This document shows, in pieces, positions 9,994 to 19,339 of a stretch of DNA of 64,000 nucleotides. Source of the stretch: a virus; IMG/VR virus record IMGVR_UViG_3300045988_151684, positions 32,001 through 96,000 of that record. The stretch is one strand, 5' to 3'. Both the position numbers and the translations under genes were made by a program. Numbering within the stretch: the stretch's first letter is position 1; each line of letters opens with the position of its first letter. Under the pieces are notes generated by a model, which searched no databases, had not been told where the DNA came from, and saw only the letters and a program-made list of their open reading frames with translations.

Positions 9994-10400
9994 TCATTTA
10001 CTAAAATCATTGCCTTTAACTGCAAAACAACTGACCTATCATTTTTAGGCAATGCTGCATCTGATTTCACTTTAACAAAAAAAATTGTATTCGTAGTATT
10101 TATTTCATCTTCAAATATCAAGCTCTTTTTAAATTCATCTGTTTCATTTTTAGCAAACAACCAATTAGTTTTATCATCATTGACAGCAGTTATAACTGCT
10201 CCTGGTGCTGCCTTCCACCTGTTTTCACATCTTAATCCCAGTTTTATATTTTTGCTTTCAAATTCACCTACATCCAAAACAACTTCCACTGGATTACTTT
10301 GTTCACCATTAAGACTAACTAATACTCCATCTAATGCGCCTTCTGTTGGATTGTTTTTATATAAGTTTATATATTGATTAGCTGCCATTATATTCTCCAA
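9990..10400 (-). CDS. Hypothetical tail-region protein, paralog B (136 aa)
   Basis: Tandem paralog of 9583..9993. Confidence 0.4.
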   Translation of the reverse strand: MENIMAANQYINLYKNNPTEGALDGVLVSLNGEQSNPVEVVLDVGEFESKNIKLGLRCENRWKAAPGAVITAVNDDKTNWLFAKNETDEFKKSLIFEDEINTTNTIFFVKVKSDAALPKNDRSVVLQLKAMILVNE

Positions 10401-10744
10401 ATTTCCAATGCTGCTTTTACTGCCTGCTTAGCATAATATTCTACATATTGCCAGTTTTTTATCACTATACGGCAATTTGATATTTTTTTCCCACTTTCAT
10501 CAGTTACAGTAACTAACGTCCTTGACTCCCATAATTGATAAATTTTGCTAAAATCTTCACTTCTAAAAGTCGTTGAAACTGTAATTTTATCCCCTGCTGT
10601 ATTGTGACCAAAATCTTGTACTACCGTTCCATCAATCACATCAATTCTAGTTTGCCGATCATCTGGTGTTATTTGCCATGATTCAGCTTTTCCAAGTGAT
10701 GATATATCATTTATTTGTAAAACTGCCAAAATACTCACCTTCAT
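10388..10744 (-). CDS. Hypothetical protein (118 aa) downstream of the TMP
   Basis: ORF only. Confidence 0.35.
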   Translation of the reverse strand: MKVSILAVLQINDISSLGKAESWQITPDDRQTRIDVIDGTVVQDFGHNTAGDKITVSTTFRSEDFSKIYQLWESRTLVTVTDESGKKISNCRIVIKNWQYVEYYAKQAVKAALEIWRI

Positions 10745-10745
10745 T

Positions 10746-13622
10746 CTAATAACTTAAACCTACATCAGCATCACCTAATGCTTTAGCTACTATTTCCGCT
10801 CCAGCTTCCGCTACTTTATTTTCAGCATCTTCCAAACCGCTTACTAGTATATGCATCTGAATTTTTTTAGTAGCTTCTGGATAATTATTAATTTGTCTTG
10901 CGCTAGGATTATAATTTAGTTTACTAGAATTATTTTCTAATGTGCCAACTATTTTAGTCAGGCTATCAGTAACCCTAGTAATATCATCACTGCTAAACAT
11001 TGCATTAGCCTGTTGCTGCGTCCATAAAGGATAATCCTGCCAATTTGCCGTCCCGCTTGGCTGACTATAATTATAATAATCTGTCTGCGTTCCTTTAATC
11101 ACTGATACAGCCGCTTCCCCAGTTATCATACCTGCCATTTTAAATGCATCAACTGCCTCAGTATTAATACCGGCCAATACATCCCCTGGCAATTGGTAAC
11201 TGCTTTGCGTTCCGCCCACTACTTCAACCATCGCTGCTTTTACCCCTCTATAGGTCGCATCTGACAAAATAGGAACTAAATTATTATTAGCTATCTGCAT
11301 TGCTTGCTGAAATTGTGCTATTTCAGCAGGTGAGGTAAATGACATATTAGCAATTCCTTTGTCTTTTCGCATTTGTTCAGCAATCTGTTGTGCAGCTCCA
11401 TTAATATCCGCTCCTCCAGCCATTGCATTTCTAAATATTTCTAAATATTTTTTCTGTGATGTAAACATTTCTTGTGCTGATTGCTGTTGTAATTGTTTTT
11501 TAGATTCTTCTGCCCACTTAGTTGCTTTTACTTCATCTAATCCTTTTTGAATCCAAGCTTGTTTTTCCCGATTAATTTCTGATAATCTTTTTTGATAATT
11601 ATTTCCCCAAATAGAATCTATCTGACCAGCAACTTGCGCATCCCAATCAGAACGTATTTTAGATTTTCTTGCCTGCGCCCATTTGTTGGCTTCATCTGAA
11701 CTTGCACCACGCTTAATATAATCTTTAGCTTGCAAATCTACATCATCAAGCTGATTTTGTAAGTCTGTCTTAAAAGCTTGTGCCATTGGAGCAGTTACAT
11801 TCCTAAACTTATCCTCTGCTATACGTGTTGATTTAGCATTGATAAAATCATTTATTAAATCATCAGGAACACCATTTGCTTTAGCCTTTTCAGCTTCCAC
11901 ATACATAGCATGTGTGGCACTGTCAATATCATTATGGGTTAGCGTATAAATGGTTTCTGCCAGCTGTCCGGCAGCAGTTGCCCGCCATTTCATGGCGTCA
12001 GCAGCCTTTAATTGAGCGCTGGCGTTTTTATTTGCCGTTTCTGCATTCTTTTTATCTGCATTTTCCGCTTTCATGCTTGAATTAACAACGCGGTTCCAAG
12101 CTTCTTCAATAAATGGCGTATTTTTATTTATTATATTGGCATATTTCGTAAATCCTTCCGTGCTAGGTGCATCTATGCCCTTATGTAAGGCTTTTTGAAA
12201 AACATTCCCTATGCTGCTATAGTCTTTGCCTTTTTGTATATCATCATAAACGCCTTGTTGCATCCTATAGGCATCATAATCTTTTTTTATTAGCGAGCCT
12301 CCCAAATAGGCACTAATTGGATTAGACATCATAGCTATGGTATTCAATTTGCCTTTATTGTTCCAGGAATATTCTAATTCTTTGAGCACTTGACCAGACT
12401 TTAAGCCTATAACCCCAATTACTTTAGCAACTGCCTCTATAGCTGTTGCCCAGCCTTCAATAGAGTCTTTTACATCATCCTTGTTATCCTTAATAATGCT
12501 AACAAATGTTTTCATCCCGTCGGTTACTTCTGGCATTATTGCTTGCGCTATTGGTATCATTGCTGCACCAAAAGCTGTTTTAAGCTGTCCAGCTTCCGCA
12601 TTCATGGTTCTCCATTCAATTGATAATTTATGTGCTTCAACTGGATCAAGCAAACCGGTAGTCTTAACATTATTCGCTATCTGCATATTAGTTTTATAAT
12701 CTTCTAACAACGGAATCAGCTCTGCACCACGACGCCCTAATATTTGCGCTTGAAATTCTTCCAGCTTCCCGGCTTCGGCTGCTCTTTGATATCCTGCGGC
12801 TAATTCATCTAGCTGACGATTTAACGGCAATAAATTACCTGCTGAATCCTTTAGATTTATACCAAATGACAGTAAAGCTAAACTTGTGCTATTAAGTCCT
12901 TTATTTGAACTCAACACTTGTTTATCCAGATTGGAAAAAAAAGGAATAACTGCTTGTATATTAACTCCACTGATAGAAAACACTCTATTCAAACTGGCAG
13001 CTTCTCCAGTAGTAAGATGAAGTCTATTGGATAATTTATACAGGTTTTCTCCAGCCTGCATTGCATCTTGCGTTATATTGAATAATCCTGCTCCAGTAGT
13101 AGCTATCGCCATAAAAGCCGCTAATTTACCACTTAAAAGTCCAAAACTTCCTGTTAATTTATCCAAGCCTGAACTAGCACCATTTGCCATTTTTGATATT
13201 CCTGATTGGTTAACTTTATTTTGTTCAACTTGAACCATTTTTAGCGCATTTTTTAACTTTTCTAATTGTGTTGCCTGTTGAAGATAATTATTTTGAGCCC
13301 TATATGTTACTTTAGATTTTCCACCGAATTGTTCATTGGCTGCTTTATACGCCTGTGCTAAAATGTCAACCTTTCGTTTTTGAATTTCAATTTGCTGTGT
13401 TAATGACTGCTCTTTTATTTTTAGCTTGTCAACATCATTCCCAGCTTCCCCAAGCTTTGCCGCATCAAAGCTAGCTTTTAGCTTGATAGTTTTTGCTTCC
13501 GCATTTAGTTTTTGAATCTCAGCATTTATTGAATTTTTCGCAGCATTAAAACCGCCCGCTAAATCATCAATATTAAGTCCCAATGATAAATATAATTTTG
13601 ATACTTCCGTTCCTGCTGCCAT
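10746..13622 (-). CDS. Tail tape measure protein (958 aa)
   Basis: Long Ala/Gln/Lys-rich coiled-coil protein directly downstream of a frameshifted tail chaperone. Confidence 0.8.
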   Translation of the reverse strand: MAAGTEVSKLYLSLGLNIDDLAGGFNAAKNSINAEIQKLNAEAKTIKLKASFDAAKLGEAGNDVDKLKIKEQSLTQQIEIQKRKVDILAQAYKAANEQFGGKSKVTYRAQNNYLQQATQLEKLKNALKMVQVEQNKVNQSGISKMANGASSGLDKLTGSFGLLSGKLAAFMAIATTGAGLFNITQDAMQAGENLYKLSNRLHLTTGEAASLNRVFSISGVNIQAVIPFFSNLDKQVLSSNKGLNSTSLALLSFGINLKDSAGNLLPLNRQLDELAAGYQRAAEAGKLEEFQAQILGRRGAELIPLLEDYKTNMQIANNVKTTGLLDPVEAHKLSIEWRTMNAEAGQLKTAFGAAMIPIAQAIMPEVTDGMKTFVSIIKDNKDDVKDSIEGWATAIEAVAKVIGVIGLKSGQVLKELEYSWNNKGKLNTIAMMSNPISAYLGGSLIKKDYDAYRMQQGVYDDIQKGKDYSSIGNVFQKALHKGIDAPSTEGFTKYANIINKNTPFIEEAWNRVVNSSMKAENADKKNAETANKNASAQLKAADAMKWRATAAGQLAETIYTLTHNDIDSATHAMYVEAEKAKANGVPDDLINDFINAKSTRIAEDKFRNVTAPMAQAFKTDLQNQLDDVDLQAKDYIKRGASSDEANKWAQARKSKIRSDWDAQVAGQIDSIWGNNYQKRLSEINREKQAWIQKGLDEVKATKWAEESKKQLQQQSAQEMFTSQKKYLEIFRNAMAGGADINGAAQQIAEQMRKDKGIANMSFTSPAEIAQFQQAMQIANNNLVPILSDATYRGVKAAMVEVVGGTQSSYQLPGDVLAGINTEAVDAFKMAGMITGEAAVSVIKGTQTDYYNYSQPSGTANWQDYPLWTQQQANAMFSSDDITRVTDSLTKIVGTLENNSSKLNYNPSARQINNYPEATKKIQMHILVSGLEDAENKVAEAGAEIVAKALGDADVGLSY

Positions 13623-13812
13623 TATTTTCTCCTTTATATAGGCAAAACATCATCAATAAATGCCTGTGTTGGTTCATTTTCTACTTTATCCATCACATAT
13701 ATCATTTCAAACAAATCTTCTAAATCAGTATCATCTATTTGTTTGATAGTCCAATGATATGTCTTAGCTAACTGACAATATAATGAAAGTGCTGTTTCAT
13801 GGGCGGTCAGCT

Positions 13813-14118
13813 TTATTGTTCTGCTGCCGCCGTTTCTACGTTTGGGAGGTTATTTATTTTTTCATAAAAAGTCCGGTATACATATTTGCTTGCATCAATA
13901 TAAGCATTTGCCACATCTTCAAATGACATTTTTTCAATTTCCTTATCTGAAACGTCGTATATCAGCAATATTCCCTGTATTGCTATATTGGCAGCGTCTT
14001 TTATTGAATTTTCACTCTCATATTTTTCATTTAATTTCAAGATTTCACGCCAATCACCAACAGTTATTTTTTTTGCACTATATTCAGTTCCATCTATCAC
14101 AATTTTTGGGATTTCCAT
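13813..14118 (-). CDS. Tail assembly chaperone (G-like); a -1 frameshift extension (GT-like product) reaches ~13635
   Basis: 101-aa acidic protein upstream of the TMP; -1 frame stays open from the slippery site to just before the TMP RBS. Confidence 0.65.
   Translation of the reverse strand: MEIPKIVIDGTEYSAKKITVGDWREILKLNEKYESENSIKDAANIAIQGILLIYDVSDKEIEKMSFEDVANAYIDASKYVYRTFYEKINNLPNVETAAAEQ
13842..13848 (-). other. Candidate -1 programmed ribosomal frameshift slippery heptamer C CCA AAC (read on the minus strand)
   Basis: XXXYYYZ heptamer near the 3' end of the chaperone ORF; -1 frame open for ~60 codons to 13635. Confidence 0.5.
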
Positions 14119-14175
14119 AAACGTTATCCTTTCTATGTAGAAAAAACAGACGGTAATTAACCGCCTGCTATATTA

Positions 14176-14760
14176 TCAGGCTGTTGCAAACCAATCCGTT
14201 TTAGTCTGCTCAATATAGCCTTCTGCTTCTTCATCTGCCTGCATAACCGCTACATGATCACTGTTTCTATACACAGCTGTAGCTGTCATTTGTGGCGTAT
14301 TGTACGAAATATTTTCTTCTTTGGTCTTAGCATCTTCATCCGGCTCAGCAAATTTAACTTTTACAAATTTTATAAATCTTGCTTTGCCATTAGACTTATT
14401 GGCTTGAAATGCTACTAAAAAATATGGTGCTGCATCAGTAGACTTTATCGTCATTATGCCAGTTTTATCATCGTAATCATGACCGCATAATAATGCTCTA
14501 TATTCTAGTGGTATATTAGCCATATCAACAGTTAACTGATATTTTGATACTACATTGGACGATTCTACAGCTGCATCATCTGCGTATAGCGATTCTTCAT
14601 TTGTTTGCGGTTTAATTTGTACTTCCCGCAATTGCGGAATATGAATCATTTCAGCATACGTAGCTATTCCCTCTGCTGGATCCGTAAGCATTTCCGCAAT
14701 ATGAAATTGCGAAATACCTATGAACGGAGAATTGGTAATGCCTGATTTTGTTCCTGCCAT
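14176..14760 (-). CDS. Putative major tail protein (194 aa)
   Basis: Position between the tail completion genes and the chaperone. Confidence 0.5.
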   Translation of the reverse strand: MAGTKSGITNSPFIGISQFHIAEMLTDPAEGIATYAEMIHIPQLREVQIKPQTNEESLYADDAAVESSNVVSKYQLTVDMANIPLEYRALLCGHDYDDKTGIMTIKSTDAAPYFLVAFQANKSNGKARFIKFVKVKFAEPDEDAKTKEENISYNTPQMTATAVYRNSDHVAVMQADEEAEGYIEQTKTDWFATA

Positions 14761-15140
14761 TATGCTTCAACTCCAATCTTATAATCAGCCACGCATAATG
14801 CATGGCCATCATCTTCCTTTAACTCATTTACTTGTAAGCGTGAAAATCCTAACTTGACCATTATAGTATTAATTATCTCGTAAAGCTGCCAATATCCCCC
14901 AGTATTTCCTGTTACAACATGTATTCTTAATGTTACATAATGCCCTAATTCATAATCATCACCACATATTCCTGGTATATCTGATACAACAGAATAAACA
15001 ATATATGGTATTCGGGCTTCATTGCCTGGCGGAGCTTGTATATGATATATACCTTGACTTCCTTTAGCCAAATTATCCGTAAGCTTTTGGTCTTTACTTA
15101 ATGCACTATAAACTTTTGTCAATAATTCTGCTGTTTTCAA
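14760..15140 (-). CDS. Putative tail completion or neck protein (126 aa)
   Basis: Position in the head-tail joining block. Confidence 0.4.
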   Translation of the reverse strand: MKTAELLTKVYSALSKDQKLTDNLAKGSQGIYHIQAPPGNEARIPYIVYSVVSDIPGICGDDYELGHYVTLRIHVVTGNTGGYWQLYEIINTIMVKLGFSRLQVNELKEDDGHALCVADYKIGVEA

Positions 15141-15572
15141 TTATTTGCTTCCTCGTCGTTTTGTAGCATTTTGAACTGCTTGAATAATTGAATTTCTTAC
15201 AGCCTGTTGATGTGCATCAAACGCTGGGTATAAAAACGGTTTATTTATTTTACTAGAAAATTCAACAAATAATCCATACGGCAGTCCTGATGTGCTACTT
15301 TTGGCATTAGCTTCAATATGATATACCGAACCTTCTTTTTTACCAACTGCTTTAATTGAAGCTTTTAAAGCTCCCGCCTCAACATCAGCTCTTGGTAAGC
15401 CGTTATATACTGGAACTCTATTTTTAGCATCCTCAGTAATTGTATTGACGCCCTGTTTTAAAGCTGCTTTAGCAGCTTTAACAACATTTACGCCAATTTC
15501 TTCTAATGCTTTTACTGCCTGAGCAACACCACGTACATCACCACGAGTAAAATCATTATAGCGTTTGGCCAT
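15141..15572 (-). CDS. HK97 gp10-family head-tail joining protein
   Basis: 143 aa, MAKRY...NVVKAAKAALKQG... resembles the HK97 gp10 family. Confidence 0.5.
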   Translation of the reverse strand: MAKRYNDFTRGDVRGVAQAVKALEEIGVNVVKAAKAALKQGVNTITEDAKNRVPVYNGLPRADVEAGALKASIKAVGKKEGSVYHIEANAKSSTSGLPYGLFVEFSSKINKPFLYPAFDAHQQAVRNSIIQAVQNATKRRGSK

Positions 15573-15987
15573 CTTCCACTAACTCCCTACAATCAATGAC
15601 TAGCCATATATGACGATTCTCGGCATCATATGGCGGTGATACTATTTGTAATTTTTTTGACCGCCAAAATATTATATCGTCCGTTTTAATATTTTTACGA
15701 TAACGGATTATTATCCTGTAATATATTTCAGCTGATTTACTTGCCACATCATGACCATCCTTTGCAGCATATGGCAAAATTTTAGCCCAACAAGTGTAAC
15801 GCGTTTTCTCTGTACGACTAACGATGTCGCCAATTTCATCACGGCTATAGTCATAATAAAGAACCTTTATTCTCTCTCGTAAATCATCAAAAGAAGTTCC
15901 CTTTATGATACTTCCTTTACTAATCACAATTAATCCTCCGCAAAATTCTGTAACTGCGAAATCATCGAACGTATAAAATATGGCCAT
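15556..15987 (-). CDS. Putative head closure protein
   Basis: Position and size. Confidence 0.4.
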   Translation of the reverse strand: MAIFYTFDDFAVTEFCGGLIVISKGSIIKGTSFDDLRERIKVLYYDYSRDEIGDIVSRTEKTRYTCWAKILPYAAKDGHDVASKSAEIYYRIIIRYRKNIKTDDIIFWRSKKLQIVSPPYDAENRHIWLVIDCRELVEDGQTL

Positions 15988-16226
15988 TCAGTGCGACTAT
16001 CATTATGTGAATCTCTATTAGAATACATTTCCGCTATTAACGCATATAACAACATATTAGCTTCAGGCTCAAATTTATTGTTTTTCATAAGTTGTTCAAA
16101 ATTATCTATTGAATTTTTGCAATAACTTTCAGCAGATACTATACATTGTTGCAAAAACGCATCATCATGAGTAATATCATCATCTATGCGCAAATAATTT
16201 TTTATTCCACTTAAATCAATTGCCAT
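15930..16226 (-). CDS. gp6-like head-tail connector protein
   Basis: 98 aa, LSGIKNYLRIDDD...DDAFLQ...A..YC pattern typical of the Phage_connect_1 family. Confidence 0.55.
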   Translation of the reverse strand: MAIDLSGIKNYLRIDDDITHDDAFLQQCIVSAESYCKNSIDNFEQLMKNNKFEPEANMLLYALIAEMYSNRDSHNDSRTEWPYFIRSMISQLQNFAED

Positions 16227-16243
16227 AATTTCAGTTAACCTTC

Positions 16244-17224
16244 TTATGCAGTCGTAACAGCGTATGCCTTCATTGCATTCACATCATCAGCTACTACATC
16301 AAAACGTTCAACACAACGTAAGGCTGTCGCATATTTATCAAAAAGAAAATCTTGTGATACCGCTATTTCTATTCCCTGACGTTCAAAAAATGCTGCATAA
16401 TCTGCCAACGAACCAACATAGAATGGTATTTTTTTGGCGGTAGTAGCTAATGTATTGTTCGGTAATACAACAATTTCCTTTCCTCTAAAACGATATGTAT
16501 CTGGTGCAGCAACATCCGGCAATAATAAAGGGCGATTCTGACCATCTTCCAATTCTGATAACCACTGAAAACCATCCTGATTAGTGATAATTTTTGCATT
16601 AGCATAATAAGCTGGATCAATATCTACATTTAACGCTTTTACCAAATTTTTATAACCTGTTAGCGCAGTTGATGATAATTTAGCCAACAGCTTTAATATT
16701 TCAGCATTTTCCGTATTTACTGCTTTTCTAGCAAACCGTTTACCAATAATATCTACAATACTTACATCTGCATCCGCTAACAGCTGATTTGATACTGGAA
16801 TGATATCACCGTAATCTTTGATTTCATACTTCAATTGACCAAAATCAAAATCAGACTGTGTTATACTATTAAGTTCTTCAAAAGCAGTAAGCAAACCAGA
16901 TTCATCACCAAGTGTTGGCATTTTCCCTGATAAACTATTTGCATTTTGAACATGTGTAAGCTGCTTTATTGCAGTATATGCTTTTCTGTATTCTCGTATA
17001 GTTGCCAATTGCTCCTCAGGCACCAAATAGCCGCCCTTATTCGGTGTCCCAGCAACCTGTCCCGGCGAACCAATTGTATTAGCTATTTCTTTTTCATCGT
17101 CATTAAGCTTATGCCCTAATACCAGCTTATTAAATACTCGATTTTTTAATTTAACATTATTCACATGCCTTCCATTCACAGGAGCAGCATTTTTGGTAAA
17201 ATTGGTCATTGCTGCTGCTTCCAT
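16244..17224 (-). CDS. Major capsid protein, HK97 fold
   Basis: 326 aa directly downstream of the prohead protease; GYLVPEE and other HK97-family features. Confidence 0.75.
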   Translation of the reverse strand: MEAAAMTNFTKNAAPVNGRHVNNVKLKNRVFNKLVLGHKLNDDEKEIANTIGSPGQVAGTPNKGGYLVPEEQLATIREYRKAYTAIKQLTHVQNANSLSGKMPTLGDESGLLTAFEELNSITQSDFDFGQLKYEIKDYGDIIPVSNQLLADADVSIVDIIGKRFARKAVNTENAEILKLLAKLSSTALTGYKNLVKALNVDIDPAYYANAKIITNQDGFQWLSELEDGQNRPLLLPDVAAPDTYRFRGKEIVVLPNNTLATTAKKIPFYVGSLADYAAFFERQGIEIAVSQDFLFDKYATALRCVERFDVVADDVNAMKAYAVTTA

Positions 17225-17367
17225 AGCTTTTGCTGTATGGTATTTGTTTACTGTCTCTGTTAATTCCGTGCTTAGTTTTGCTGCATCAGAATACTTTTAA
17301 TTCTGTTGCAGTTGTTCTATTTTTCCAGTCAATTCATCTACAACTTTTTTCAATTCATCAGATTTTT

Positions 17368-18111
17368 TCATTTCAACATTGCTCCTTTCGCAAGTGCCAA
17401 AGCTATTTCAGCTTTGTATTTATCATTATTTTTATCTAACATTGTTTTTTTCAATGCCATTTTTTGTTGTTGCACTATTTCATAAGGGATTTTGGTTTTA
17501 TTCATATAATTCAAGCCTTTGCCTGCACATGCAGCTACTTGTATTGGTTCAGTTTTATTTATATTGAATATTTTAGACGCTTCGTCACCAGTTAACCATG
17601 TTTCTGACTCTACCATAGAATGTATTTTTTCAGCTGTTATTCCATCTAAAGCGCAATTTATATAAATTTTTTCAAGTCCGTCTTGAATTGTGTCAAGGAT
17701 TTCCGCCATTTTTTTCATATCATTAGAATTACCACTACTATATGCGGATGGTTTATGTATCATTAAATATGTGTTGCTTGGCATTTCTCGCTCATCTGCT
17801 GAAAAAAATATTTGTGTTGCTATACTGCAACACCAGCCTTCAACAATTGCCTTGGTATGACCATCATGATTATGTATCATATTCGCAATTGCTACTCCTG
17901 CCGGTACACTGCCACCGTCAGAGTTAATATATATCGTTAAATCTTTTCCTTGTAAATCATCCAGTTGTTTACGAATTTTTTCAGGCCATTGATATCCTGT
18001 GGTATTGCTATACCATTCTTCTATGCAACCACCATTATCATCATCTATTATATTTCCACTAATAACTATTTCCGCACTATCATTAGTTTGATTTTGGATT
18101 CTTATCCCCAT
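17368..18111 (-). CDS. Prohead maturation protease (ClpP/S14-like) with a C-terminal coiled-coil, scaffold-like region
   Basis: INSDGGSVPAGVAIANMI...MIHKP motifs. Confidence 0.75.
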   Translation of the reverse strand: MGIRIQNQTNDSAEIVISGNIIDDDNGGCIEEWYSNTTGYQWPEKIRKQLDDLQGKDLTIYINSDGGSVPAGVAIANMIHNHDGHTKAIVEGWCCSIATQIFFSADEREMPSNTYLMIHKPSAYSSGNSNDMKKMAEILDTIQDGLEKIYINCALDGITAEKIHSMVESETWLTGDEASKIFNINKTEPIQVAACAGKGLNYMNKTKIPYEIVQQQKMALKKTMLDKNNDKYKAEIALALAKGAMLK

Positions 18112-19339
18112 TGCTTTTCACCTCGTTGTTTTCATACGCTTTTCCTATATCTTCTAATTTCACATATGAACCATTAACCATATGCACATCACCGCCTATA
18201 CATGGCGGTATATCTAAACGGTCACGAGCTTCATTGACGCTATACACTGATGATTGAACCATTTTTTGCAAAACATCTGCCTGTTGCTGCGGATCACCGC
18301 GTAATATTGTCCAAACATTGAATTTAAATCCTAATCCAGCTAATTGTTCTTTTTTAGTTAATAATTTTCTATTCATTTCCTGCTCATAAATTGTGACATT
18401 ATATAGCAAGGTATTAACATAAAATTGCAAATTTTGCATAGCACTATTGTTATAACTTGATTTTGTATAATCATTTAGATGATCTGGATTTACCCCAAAA
18501 GCAGCTGCTATCTGTAATGCATTGTATTTGCGCAATTCATAAAACTGTGAATCGGTCAATTTTAAATCAATTGGCTGAATATCAAAACCTACGGGTAAGG
18601 TAATCATGCGCCTAGCATCATCCCGGGATTGTTCATCAATCCTTTTTAAAAGTTTTCTTTGTTCAATACTATTTAAATCACCAACATATTTAACCACGGC
18701 ATTAGCCGTTAGCCCATGACTATATAAATTGGTTAAAAATTCTTGGGCAGCCTTATTGCCTGCCATATTTGCGGCCAATATCTCTCGTACTGATTTTCCA
18801 ACATAACAACCATTTTCAGTAATCCACGCTTTGACGTGTAACATATTTTCAGGATCTATCCAAAAATCTTTACCGGAACCACTATCAAAATAACGATAAT
18901 AATACTGCCGTTTTGTATAATCAGCTGTATTATTAACCCAAACTTGAACCTTTTGTGGATCAAGTAAATGCAATCCCTTTAAAATAGAATTTTCCCGCTC
19001 AATATACGCATAACCATTGCCATAATGGTTGCGACAATATTCCAATCTAGAAAAAAATTGTATTGGTGTCATTATTTTATTTGGTGCTATGCTAAAAATT
19101 GAAACAGTTTCATGATGGCTTATTCTATTCTTTTCCTTATCAATTAGATAAACTGGCATTTTTCCCAAATTTTCAGCTAACGTTTTTAAACATGTAAAAT
19201 AAGTTATTTCAGCTAAATCCGGACCACCAATTTTATTTTTTGATGCAAAAAATAATTCATTTATATCATTCAAAGAAATATTAGCTGTCATATTATTTAT
19301 TTTTCTTTTAAGCAACGTCAATATACTAATCTTCCTCAC
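18083..19339 (-). CDS. Portal protein (HK97-family-like)
   Basis: 418 aa between TerL and the protease. Confidence 0.7.
   Translation of the reverse strand: MRKISILTLLKRKINNMTANISLNDINELFFASKNKIGGPDLAEITYFTCLKTLAENLGKMPVYLIDKEKNRISHHETVSIFSIAPNKIMTPIQFFSRLEYCRNHYGNGYAYIERENSILKGLHLLDPQKVQVWVNNTADYTKRQYYYRYFDSGSGKDFWIDPENMLHVKAWITENGCYVGKSVREILAANMAGNKAAQEFLTNLYSHGLTANAVVKYVGDLNSIEQRKLLKRIDEQSRDDARRMITLPVGFDIQPIDLKLTDSQFYELRKYNALQIAAAFGVNPDHLNDYTKSSYNNSAMQNLQFYVNTLLYNVTIYEQEMNRKLLTKKEQLAGLGFKFNVWTILRGDPQQQADVLQKMVQSSVYSVNEARDRLDIPPCIGGDVHMVNGSYVKLEDIGKAYENNEVKSNGDKNPKSN

Noticed and set aside
10746-13622. Possibility that the 958-aa protein is something other than a tape measure (e.g. a chromosome-segregation SMC-like protein)
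   Set aside because: Its position immediately after a frameshifted chaperone and before the distal tail genes, and its composition, fit a TMP; no Walker motifs are present.
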